This document shows, in pieces, positions 27,039 through 35,737 of a stretch of DNA of 64,000 nt (positions are counted from its first letter, which is position 1; the number at the start of each line of letters is the position of its first letter). The translations under genes and the position numbers were made by a program. Location: positions 160,001 to 224,000 of the forward strand of contig CBFIDD010000003.1 of NCBI GenBank assembly GCA_965661285.1. The letters are read 5' to 3'. Source of the DNA: Poseidonia sp. GTDB taxonomy: Archaea; Thermoplasmatota; Poseidoniia; Poseidoniales; Poseidoniaceae. The notes beneath the pieces are model-generated. The model searched no databases, was not told where the DNA came from, and was given only the letters and a program-made list of their open reading frames with translations.

Positions 27039-29219
27039 TCATGCGCTTCTTCGTCGCAGAACGACCAATGCACCAGCTGCAGCCACCATGGAGAGGTTGA
27101 CGCCAAAGCCAGGAAGTGCGCCGTCATTGTCTCCATCTGCGTCGTTGGACGTCTCATTTCCGCTCGTCTCGTCCGTGGTGTTGCTGGGTGTGCTTTCCAC
27201 GTAGGCACCGTCCACGCACGTCCCTGTACCTACGACGAGGTCGTTGCGTGTTTGCGAGAGAACGGTGGCGTTGGCCGCATCGATGTTGAAATCGTCCTGT
27301 TGATAGAGCGAAGTCTCGAGAACGTAGCATCCCGGCTGGAGAGAAAAGGTCCGGTTGTACTGTTCTCCGCTTGAGGTGATGTCGTTCCATAACCACACGC
27401 CTCGGTTGTCGCCGTTGTTCGTCGTGCTCACAAGAACGATCGCCGTGTAGGACTGACCAGATTGAAGTTCACTGACCTCTGCTTGATATTCGAACGTCCA
27501 CGGAGAAGTGCTGTTTGAGGACATGGTGGTTGCCTCGATGCTGTTGACGGTGATGTTTTCTCTGCTGACGATGGGGGCGTCGGGGTCCTGCCACAGCCAA
27601 ACCATGTTGTTCTCGTGTTTCCCGGTGTCCTCACCAACGAGCACACGCCCGTCGTCGAGCACCAGCAGGTTGTCGGGTCCAGCAAGGTTGTTGATGTCGC
27701 ATTCGTACCGGTCCGATGAGGTGTAAGGCCCACCGATGATGGCCGGCTCAATCCTGTCGACGTTCCACGGTGAGGTCATCGTCATTCGGTAAACGATGCC
27801 GCAGTAATTCTGAGTAAGCGCAATGTCGCCTTGACCGTCGGTCATGCCGTTGGCGATGTTTGACATGGCCAGGTAAAGGGTATCGGGAACCTTGGGATTG
27901 AAGGCCACGCCCTCCATCTTGTTCCATTCGTCGCTCGCCCCCAAGGCAGCCGCGGCTTTTCGAGATTCGAGGAACGCCACGCGGTCGTCTACAGCGGTGC
28001 CAATCACGCCGTCGCCGTTGAGGTCGTCGTTGCGTTTGGCTTCGGCCCAATCGTTGATTTCCTCGTCCGAGATGTAGGAGGATTCGCCGTTGACAAAGTC
28101 CGCTGTGGTGATGCCGTCGTACTCGTCAATCCAGGCTTGGATTTCTCGTGAGGATGAAGAAGCGAGTTCGATCCAATCAACATCAAATCCAGTGGTGGCG
28201 GAATCGGTGCCCCCGTCCTGTTCCACATGCGCAGCGTACAGCGTTCCTGCGCTCAAATCGCCGGCCGTTTCAGCAACGAACTTGAACAGAACCGTTTCGT
28301 AGCCGTCGTCGGTCAGATAGACGGTTTTCTCATCGGGCATGACGTTCGCATTTTCATGCGAGAAACGACCCATGGTGTAGTGGCGAGTCAAGTCCGGCTC
28401 ACCGGATGCAGCGTTTTCCAGTTCAATGATGTAGCCGTAGTCGTAAGGATTTGGATAATATCCGAGGTAGTCGGCGAGGCGGGTCTGGTCGGTGTGATAT
28501 CGGAAGGTCTCGTCGTTCCATCGCTCGGTGTTGTCGAAATACAGTTCCTCGGAGAACAGCGGCGAGCCCCACGGGCTGATGCTGCCAAAGCACAACACCC
28601 ACCCGCCGTTGATCGCACTCAAGTTGAGCATGCTGCTCTTCAAGACGTCCCACTGCGAAGCCTTTGCATTCCATTGAATCTCCATTTGACTGATGCCCGC
28701 TGGTCGGTCCTCCCAAGCGGTGTAGAGGAAACCATGCAAGCCGTCGTTGCTGGCGGGCACGTAGGCGTTGTAATCGGGCTTCTGGCTCAGTTTGAGTTGG
28801 GCGCCGTCGTCCGCTGCGTAAATGCCCCCTGCAAGGCCGCCTTCGGTCAGAACATCCCCCGCCTGCAGCAGCACTTGATACTCACCGTATGACGTCCGGA
28901 TGCCGTGCCAGACATCCTCGGGACTGCTCGATGCGTCCAAAGCGGGAACCGTTTCGGGAAGCGCATGCCAATCAACGCCGTGAACAACCCCCACCGTGGC
29001 CTTGTAGCGGTCGGTGTCGGGATGCATGGCGTTCACGAAGAAATGGCCGTTGCCGTCAACATGCATGCCCGTGACTTCAGCCTCGGGCGGTAACATCATG
29101 ATGCGGGTGATTTCATCGCCAAAGGCCGTCTCATCGCTTTGGGCGACGGCCACAGGAAAGGTCGTGAGCGCCAGCAGCATCCCAACGGAGCACAGCAGCA
29201 TCAACCCTTTCCGGCTCAT
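27039..29219 (-). CDS. phoX: PhoX/DUF839-type alkaline phosphatase with PGF-CTERM anchor
   Basis: GAE-like EAEVTG, CFGSISPWGSPLFSEE, MGRFSHEN, KMEG, PDNL, GED; C-terminus LPGF + TM + RRR. Confidence 0.85.
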   Translation of the reverse strand: MSRKGLMLLCSVGMLLALTTFPVAVAQSDETAFGDEITRIMMLPPEAEVTGMHVDGNGHFFVNAMHPDTDRYKATVGVVHGVDWHALPETVPALDASSSPEDVWHGIRTSYGEYQVLLQAGDVLTEGGLAGGIYAADDGAQLKLSQKPDYNAYVPASNDGLHGFLYTAWEDRPAGISQMEIQWNAKASQWDVLKSSMLNLSAINGGWVLCFGSISPWGSPLFSEELYFDNTERWNDETFRYHTDQTRLADYLGYYPNPYDYGYIIELENAASGEPDLTRHYTMGRFSHENANVMPDEKTVYLTDDGYETVLFKFVAETAGDLSAGTLYAAHVEQDGGTDSATTGFDVDWIELASSSSREIQAWIDEYDGITTADFVNGESSYISDEEINDWAEAKRNDDLNGDGVIGTAVDDRVAFLESRKAAAALGASDEWNKMEGVAFNPKVPDTLYLAMSNIANGMTDGQGDIALTQNYCGIVYRMTMTSPWNVDRIEPAIIGGPYTSSDRYECDINNLAGPDNLLVLDDGRVLVGEDTGKHENNMVWLWQDPDAPIVSRENITVNSIEATTMSSNSTSPWTFEYQAEVSELQSGQSYTAIVLVSTTNNGDNRGVWLWNDITSSGEQYNRTFSLQPGCYVLETSLYQQDDFNIDAANATVLSQTRNDLVVGTGTCVDGAYVESTPSNTTDETSGNETSNDADGDNDGALPGFGVNLSMVAAAGALVVLRRRSA

Positions 29220-29275
29220 GGTTTGGTCTCAAGGACGAGCGGGAAAAACGTTCCTGCATGCGTGATGTCAGCGGT

Positions 29276-29665
29276 TCACGCGTCGAGGACCGCTCGAATC
29301 GCTGCACGAGCATGCGGTTCAAGCCGAGGTTCGATGTGTTTGGGCTTTGCACCCGGGCCAATAATGCCCAGACCAATCGGCTTGTCGTGCTTGAGTTGAA
29401 GTTCAAGAATGGTTTTAATGACGGCTTGGCCCATCGCCAATCCATGTTGCGTCTCGCCCTTTTCGATGATGCCCAGGCACGCTGCAGCGTCGTGGTCGGC
29501 GAGCAAACGGTCCAGTGCTAACGGGACTTCCATCGAACCTGGCACCCACACGACATCACCGATGCTCAACCCGAGGTGCTCAGCCTCCTCGCTTGCGAAG
29601 GCCAACATCCGGTCAACCTCGTCCTTGTGAAAGGAACCGCAAACCAGTCCGACGCGCTTGGTCAT
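29276..29665 (-). CDS. ribH: 6,7-dimethyl-8-ribityllumazine synthase
   Basis: VPGSMEVPL, LGIIEKGETQH, PIGLGIIGP. Confidence 0.93.
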   Translation of the reverse strand: MTKRVGLVCGSFHKDEVDRMLAFASEEAEHLGLSIGDVVWVPGSMEVPLALDRLLADHDAAACLGIIEKGETQHGLAMGQAVIKTILELQLKHDKPIGLGIIGPGAKPKHIEPRLEPHARAAIRAVLDA

Positions 29666-30279
29666 GCCCTCGCCTCCTTGTTCTCCTCTTTCATCATTCG
29701 CTCAACCGTGGCGACGATGGTTTGGGTCATGGCGTCGATTTCGATGTTGATGCGATCGCCTTCGCTCGCCGAGCCAAAGGTGGTGAGGCTCAGTGTTTCG
29801 GGGATGAGGTGAATGTTGAATCGAGTCTCGTTGACCTCACCGATGGTGAGCGAGGCCCCATTCAGTCCGATGTAGCCCTTTTCATGGATGAATTTCATCA
29901 TGAACGCCGGCGCTTCAATGGTCATGTCAACGCCTTCTCCGACCTCTTGCCGGCGTGTGATTTCACCCAGGCCCATGATGTGGCCAGAGAGGAGGTGGCC
30001 ACCCAATTCATCGCCCATCTTGAGCGAGCGTTCCACGTTGACCTCGTCGCCTTCGTTCAGCGACGAAAGATTGGTTCGTTCAAGACTTTCTTGAATCACG
30101 TCAAAGGCCACGTGCTCGCCCTCGATGACGGTGGCGGTCAGACAAACGCCGTTGATGGCAACGCTGGCGCCCCGTTGAAGGCCGGAGATGTTTGGAAGCG
30201 AGATGTGGAAGGTCCAGACGGCGTTTTCCTTTTCTATAGAAGAGATGGTTCCTCGCCCTTGAACGATGCCAGTGAACAT
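29662..30279 (-). CDS. Riboflavin synthase, bacterial alpha type
   Basis: N-terminus MFTGIVQ, GASVAINGVCLT, GGHLLSGH, KGYIGLNGASLT, IPET. Confidence 0.95.
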   Translation of the reverse strand: MFTGIVQGRGTISSIEKENAVWTFHISLPNISGLQRGASVAINGVCLTATVIEGEHVAFDVIQESLERTNLSSLNEGDEVNVERSLKMGDELGGHLLSGHIMGLGEITRRQEVGEGVDMTIEAPAFMMKFIHEKGYIGLNGASLTIGEVNETRFNIHLIPETLSLTTFGSASEGDRINIEIDAMTQTIVATVERMMKEENKEARA

Positions 30280-30281
30280 CT

Positions 30282-30722
30282 TCAGGCCCCCTGCTTTTCG
30301 GCACGTTCGAGAATACGTGCGATGATTTTTCTCGTCCCGTCGAGGTCGTCGCTCAAGCCTTCCACACGCACCACCTGAATATCGCCGTGACCCCGTTCTT
30401 GGAGGGCTTTCCGGATGTTTTCCTCGGCGTGTTCTTGGTCGTAGCCAAGAGCGATGACATGGGGGTTGATGGAGGGGAGGATGTCGAAGATGGGCACTTC
30501 GGGAGGATTACCGATAACGACGACATCCACCGGTTTCAGACCTTCGACCATGCGTCGGCGGAGATCTTGGTTGGTCACCGGTTCGTGTTTTCGCTTGCGC
30601 ACCGTGTCGTCGTGGGCAACCACGACCGTGAGATGGTCGCCCAAAGCTTTGGCCTGTTCCAAGTAATGGAGGTGGCCGGCATGAAGGAGGTCAAACACAC
30701 CAACAGCAAGAATGCGCTTCAT
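30282..30722 (-). CDS. ribL: Archaeal FAD synthase
   Basis: GVFDLLHAGHLHYL and ALGYDQ; located within the rib operon. Confidence 0.88.
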   Translation of the reverse strand: MKRILAVGVFDLLHAGHLHYLEQAKALGDHLTVVVAHDDTVRKRKHEPVTNQDLRRRMVEGLKPVDVVVIGNPPEVPIFDILPSINPHVIALGYDQEHAEENIRKALQERGHGDIQVVRVEGLSDDLDGTRKIIARILERAEKQGA

Positions 30723-30753
30723 AGGACCACCAATTGCGGGTTGGGCTGTTGCT

Positions 30754-31482
30754 TCATGAGGATGACGGTGAAGACGCGACGCCAAGAGCAGCGACGACAT
30801 CTGCGCCCTCGAGGAACGGAATTTCCCGTGCTTCTGCCCACGCACGGGCGTGGTCGACCGAAAGCGCATGGTCGCCGTCTGGCTGAAGCATTTCAGCACC
30901 GATGACCACCGGAGCGGTGCCTGAGAGGCGAGCAAGTCCGACGGCGAGTTCAGTATGACCTTGACGCACCTCCAATCCACCCTTGGCTTCCCTGCATACC
31001 GGAATGTGGCCCGGCGTTCGGAATTCTGCACCAAGTCGCTCCATAGCGGGCTGGCCAACGACGCTTTCGTCCAAGCAAGCGGTTGCTAACTCGGCGAATC
31101 GACGGGTCGTCAGTGCACGGTCATGGTCGGTGATGCCGGTGTAGGTGTCGCGATGGTTGATGGAGAGGGTGAAGGCCGAGCGGGCGTCGTAGCGAAGGTC
31201 GTTGGTGACAAGGTGGTTCAACACCGGATTTCGCTCGACGGCATCGGGGGTCGTGTGGAGGTCTTGGAGGAAGGGAAGGCCGAAGCACTCGCCAACCTCG
31301 TCGCCGATGGCGAGGAAGAGCAAACCTCCGCAGTCTTGTCGCAATTGGCGCATCGTCGCAGGCTCAGCCAAGGCGGCTGGAAAGAGGAGGTCGGTTTCCC
31401 CCTCTCGCTTTTCCGAGTCAAACAAGCATACTGGATGCCCCTTTTGGAACGCTTCAACAGCTCGTTGCACATGGGCCTCCAT
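30754..31482 (-). CDS. ribB: 3,4-dihydroxy-2-butanone-4-phosphate synthase
   Basis: DSEKREGETD, TGITDHDRALT, FRTPGH, RQGHTE. Confidence 0.93.
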   Translation of the reverse strand: MEAHVQRAVEAFQKGHPVCLFDSEKREGETDLLFPAALAEPATMRQLRQDCGGLLFLAIGDEVGECFGLPFLQDLHTTPDAVERNPVLNHLVTNDLRYDARSAFTLSINHRDTYTGITDHDRALTTRRFAELATACLDESVVGQPAMERLGAEFRTPGHIPVCREAKGGLEVRQGHTELAVGLARLSGTAPVVIGAEMLQPDGDHALSVDHARAWAEAREIPFLEGADVVAALGVASSPSSS

Positions 31483-31625
31483 GGTCCCCGCTCTGGCCTC
31501 ACCTTCATGAAGAGTCGTATCACATCACTCTTGAACACCACCCGAGGCGACCGATTTTGCGGACAGCCAACAGAAAGGGATTATCATGTGATGTCCCTTG
31601 GATCGGTTTCGGGGGGAGGACACGA

Positions 31626-32801
31626 ATGGGAATTAAACTCGGACCGGCCGGCGTTCCACTCTCCTGCAAAGGACGAACCATCGTTGAAGGGATGGACGAC
31701 ATCATCTCCTTGGGATTGGAAACCATGGAGGTCCAAACCGTTCGTATGGTCGCACCGCAGCACTTTGAACAATATTGGCAAGCCGGCGTGCTGGCCAACA
31801 AAACCGATTTCGAGATGAACATCCACGGACCGTACTACTCCGAGTTGTTGGGTGGAAAGGTCGAACGAGGACGCTCGTTGGCCAAAATTGAGGCCACCCT
31901 GCAGGCAGCCCGAACCATCAACGCCCGCCACATCACCCTCCATACGGGTCATTATGGCGACTTCGGACGGGGCCAGGCAGCCAACCAGCAAGTGGCAAAT
32001 GTCTTCTCAGGCATTGTTGACCGCATCCACGAAATCTGGCACGATGATGAAGATGAGTTCCCCGTCTTCCCGTGGATCAAAAACGGAACGCCCTCGAAAA
32101 TCGGTATCGAAACCTCGGGCCGGCAAGAGCTCTGGGGAAGCCTCGAAGAGGTGCTTGAAGTCGTCAACCACGTCGAAGGGACCGTCCCTGTGCTCAACAT
32201 CGCACACATTCACGCCCGAGGTCACGGCCAGATGCGAACCTCCGAAGATTACGGTGAATTGTTCGATGTCGTCCGTGAAACCATCGGCACCAAGGAATTC
32301 TACTGCCATTTCTCGGGCGTAGAGCACCGAACGGGCAACGCCATGCACTACACTCAGATCAAGAAGTCCGACCTGAACTTCGAGCCCCTCGCTGAATTCA
32401 TCGTCGAAGACGGTGGTTGGCTTGACATCACCCTCATTTCCGATTCACCCTTGCTCGAGCACGATGCCATGTACATGATGCAAAACATCGAGAAATCCCG
32501 CCACAAGCAACTCGAGCGCAAAGCCCGAGAGGACCGACGACGCGCCCTTGCGTTGCAAACCGGCAAGAGCGAAGAAGAACTCCGCTCAAAGGAATCCCAA
32601 ATCTCCCAAGCCCGTAAAACGGCGGCTAAACCGGCCAAACCAGCCGAAGAAGCACCTGCCGAAGCAGCAAAGGAAAAAGCCCCAGCCAAAAAAGCCACCA
32701 AGGCAAAGGCGACCAAGGCCAAAAAAGCGACTGCCAAGGCCGAAGAAAAAGACGAGAACGATGTCTTCGACTTTGACGAAGAAGACGACGATTTGTTCTG
32801 A
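31626..32801 (+). CDS. Archaeal endonuclease IV-like TIM-barrel protein with Lys/Ala-rich and acidic tail
   Basis: LGPAGVP, IHGPYY, GIETSG, AHIHAR, HFSG, ISDSPLLEHDA. Confidence 0.85.
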   Translation: MGIKLGPAGVPLSCKGRTIVEGMDDIISLGLETMEVQTVRMVAPQHFEQYWQAGVLANKTDFEMNIHGPYYSELLGGKVERGRSLAKIEATLQAARTINARHITLHTGHYGDFGRGQAANQQVANVFSGIVDRIHEIWHDDEDEFPVFPWIKNGTPSKIGIETSGRQELWGSLEEVLEVVNHVEGTVPVLNIAHIHARGHGQMRTSEDYGELFDVVRETIGTKEFYCHFSGVEHRTGNAMHYTQIKKSDLNFEPLAEFIVEDGGWLDITLISDSPLLEHDAMYMMQNIEKSRHKQLERKAREDRRRALALQTGKSEEELRSKESQISQARKTAAKPAKPAEEAPAEAAKEKAPAKKATKAKATKAKKATAKAEEKDENDVFDFDEEDDDLF

Positions 32802-32895
32802 TGGAGGAGTGGCGTAAGCCCGCAAACCCGTGTTTTGCAGTCGAATGTTGCCCGAAACGGTATAAACCAAAGAAGGGGCGAAGTGGACGATTGTT

Positions 32896-33894
32896 ATGGC
32901 GCACATCGCAGTGTTGGGTCTTGGAAATTGGGGTACTGCCATCGCCAGATTGTGGCTTTTGGAAGGTCATAAGGTCAAAGGGTGGACCATTGAACAAGAG
33001 GTCTACGAATCCATCACGATGAGCGAGGTGAACGAAAAATACCTGCCTCACCATTCCGTACCCGGTCTGGATGCCACCATGCGCATCGAAGAAGCCATTG
33101 AGGGGAGTGAAATCATCGTTCTCGCCGTGCCCTCGTCGGTCATTCTTGACGTTGTTGAGGACATGTTGCCTCACCTCCAACCCGGTCATGTCCTGCTCGA
33201 CCTGGCCAAGGGATTGGCACCCGGAAAGCGACTGATATCCCATGCTATTCACACGCGTCTCAAGGAAGAGGGGAAAACCAATTCACTGGCCGTGTTGACG
33301 GGTCCTACCATTGCGCCTGAAGCGGCTGGTGGCGTGATGACCACGGCGTTGGTTGCCAGCGAAGACCAAGCCATTGCGCAGCGTCTCGCCCAAACCTTGA
33401 GCACACCGAGCTTCATTCTCCATCCCGCCAGCGACCCCGTCGGGGCAGAGCTTTGGGGCGCTTTCAAGAACGTGGTGGCGCTTGCCTGTGGCTTGGTTGA
33501 CGGCCTGAAACAGATCGGCGACCTCGGAGGTGATAATCTGAAGGCCGCCATTTTCATGTCCGGTTTCAAGGAAGGGTGCCTCCTGCTGGCAGAATTGGGA
33601 GCAAAAGCAGAGGTGGCGTTCGGTCCAGCCGGACTTGGCGACATGTACGTCACCGCGACCTCGCCGCACGGACGAAACAGAACCATGGGGGAAAAACTCG
33701 GTACAGGGCTGTCCCTCGACGAGGCGCTGAATGAGATGCACATGGTGGCAGAGGGTGTTCGTGCGTGCCGCATGTTTGTCGCACGCGCAGAAGACGCTGG
33801 GCTTTCTATTCCCTTTACCAAGGCCCTGAACACACTCCTGAACGGCGATATCGATGCGGAAGAATGTTGTCGTCGAATGGTCGCACTCGGATGA
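32896..33894 (+). CDS. gpsA: NAD(P)H-dependent glycerol-3-phosphate dehydrogenase
   Basis: GLGNWGTA, AKGL, GPT, KNVVALACG, GLGDMYVT, RNR, AEGV. Confidence 0.95.
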   Translation: MAHIAVLGLGNWGTAIARLWLLEGHKVKGWTIEQEVYESITMSEVNEKYLPHHSVPGLDATMRIEEAIEGSEIIVLAVPSSVILDVVEDMLPHLQPGHVLLDLAKGLAPGKRLISHAIHTRLKEEGKTNSLAVLTGPTIAPEAAGGVMTTALVASEDQAIAQRLAQTLSTPSFILHPASDPVGAELWGAFKNVVALACGLVDGLKQIGDLGGDNLKAAIFMSGFKEGCLLLAELGAKAEVAFGPAGLGDMYVTATSPHGRNRTMGEKLGTGLSLDEALNEMHMVAEGVRACRMFVARAEDAGLSIPFTKALNTLLNGDIDAEECCRRMVALG

Positions 33895-33937
33895 GCGGTA
33901 TCGGTGACATTTTGAGTCGGGGCCCCGTGAGGGATTC

Positions 33938-34153
33938 ATGGCCGACGAATTGACGGAGTTTGAGGCAAAGTTGCTGAAGTGGCTTGTGAAAAGCGACTTT
34001 CACATCCAGCCATGGTCCAGCAAAGATGCTGCCAAGGCGTTCAAGGTCAAGGAAGACGAGATTTACGAAGCCGTCGCTGCTTTGTCGAAAAAAGCAGCCG
34101 ACCAAATTCAAATTTTCTACAAAGACGGAAACGTCCACATCGCTGCCGATTGA
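33938..34153 (+). CDS. Small hypothetical protein, possibly winged-helix
   Basis: 71 aa with helix-helix-helix-hairpin pattern; typical codon usage. Confidence 0.7.
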   Translation: MADELTEFEAKLLKWLVKSDFHIQPWSSKDAAKAFKVKEDEIYEAVAALSKKAADQIQIFYKDGNVHIAAD

Positions 34154-34154
34154 T

Positions 34155-35069
34155 TCACTCGCTTTCATCCAGCGGTGCGCGTTTCTTCATGGGCGTTGGA
34201 TGCAAGGCCGAGGAGATCGAAGCGGGCAGGAACAGAGACGACCACGAAGGGCGATCGACATCGCCCTCCTCGGTTACCTTTGAGCGCAGGACCATTGAGA
34301 CGAAATCGATGACCACGACGACGAGGAAGACCACGACCAAGAGGGCGACGACCTTGTCGTACTGTGCGAGTTTCAGGTAGGTGTTGAGATAGAGGCCGAT
34401 GCCTCCAGCCCCCACCAATCCGATCACCGTACCGTGTCGCACGTTGTATTCGAACATGAACAGCAAATGGCTCAACAGGTGGTTAGCAGATTCGGGGATG
34501 GCCACGAGCCAGGCCGTTTCTGTTCGAGTCATACCCATGGCCTTGGCCGCCTCAAGAGGAGCGTTCTTGATGCCCTCCATCGATTCGAACTGCAACTTTC
34601 CAAGGTAGCCAACCGTGTAGAATGACATGGCACAAATGCCTGCAAGCGTCCCCATGTCGAAAATGATCATGAACAGCACCGCCCAAATGATGGAAGGTAA
34701 ACTTCGCATGCCAGCCAGCAAAATACGAGCAGGGATGGCGATTTCAATGGGCGAAAGGTTGCTCGCCGCCATGACCGAGAGGGGAAGAGCGACGATGAAA
34801 CCGATGACCGTCGCCACGAAAGCGATTTTGATGGTCTCCACCATACCGATCCATGCGACCGAACATGTGAATTCCAAGCGGGCCTCACAAACAGGGTAGG
34901 ATTGGGCCTCAAGCACCGACCAATCTGGAGGCCACAGGCTTTCTCGGAAAAAGACGCCAAGGTTGCTCATGCCACCGCTGAGGCGCCCAAGATGGCCCAC
35001 GAGGTCAATGAAAACGACCGCTGTCAACGTCAAGATACCGAGAATGATGAGCAGGAGGCGCTTGTTCAA
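34155..35069 (-). CDS. ABC transporter permease, PhnE/PtxC family
   Basis: RSLPSIIWA, EAAKAMG loop, FEYNVR...IGLVGAGGIG. Confidence 0.92.
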   Translation of the reverse strand: MNKRLLLIILGILTLTAVVFIDLVGHLGRLSGGMSNLGVFFRESLWPPDWSVLEAQSYPVCEARLEFTCSVAWIGMVETIKIAFVATVIGFIVALPLSVMAASNLSPIEIAIPARILLAGMRSLPSIIWAVLFMIIFDMGTLAGICAMSFYTVGYLGKLQFESMEGIKNAPLEAAKAMGMTRTETAWLVAIPESANHLLSHLLFMFEYNVRHGTVIGLVGAGGIGLYLNTYLKLAQYDKVVALLVVVFLVVVVIDFVSMVLRSKVTEEGDVDRPSWSSLFLPASISSALHPTPMKKRAPLDESE

Positions 35070-35737
35070 GGAACCACCTCCTCGACCAGCCGTCCGTCTT
35101 CAATCCGCCACACACGGTTTGCGACCTGACGGGCGAGTTCTTCGTGATGCTCGACCATGATCATGGCTGAGTTTTGGGCCTCAATAGCGGAACGAACAGT
35201 GCGCATGACCACCTCGACGTTGTCATCGTCAAGCTCGCCCAGGAATTCGTCCGCCAGCACCAACTTTGGCCGCTGAGCCACCGTTTTCGCTGTAGCCACG
35301 CGACGCTGCTGCCCTCCCGAAAGGATACGCACGGGCTGGTCAGCAAGGTGGAGGATGCCCAAATCTTCCATTGCTCGGTCGGCGAAGCCATGTCGCTTCG
35401 CTGACAAGGGGAAGAAGGGCAGGTGCCATTTTGAAAGGCCCACTCGAACACCCATCTCGATGTTGTTTCGAACCGTGAGATTGCCCACAAGACCCAAACG
35501 TTGGGGGATGTAACCCAGCCCGCCGCGTGAAGGGACGGCGAGTTCCACATCACCTTCCAGTGGACGAACAAGGCCCGCAATGGTGCGCAGCAAGGTGGTT
35601 TTTCCGATACCTGATGGACCGAGAACAGCGATGACGTCGCCCGCAAACACTTCGATGTTGATGTCCTCGATGAGCGGTTGATCGTAGCCAACCGCTACAT
35701 CGTGCAGGTGAACCAAGATTTCCTTCACCACAATCAC
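35066..35737 (-). CDS. ABC transporter ATP-binding protein, PhnC-like
   Basis: Walker A GPSGIGKT, signature LSGGQQRR, Walker B LVLADE. Confidence 0.95.
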   Translation of the reverse strand: MIVVKEILVHLHDVAVGYDQPLIEDINIEVFAGDVIAVLGPSGIGKTTLLRTIAGLVRPLEGDVELAVPSRGGLGYIPQRLGLVGNLTVRNNIEMGVRVGLSKWHLPFFPLSAKRHGFADRAMEDLGILHLADQPVRILSGGQQRRVATAKTVAQRPKLVLADEFLGELDDDNVEVVMRTVRSAIEAQNSAMIMVEHHEELARQVANRVWRIEDGRLVEEVVP

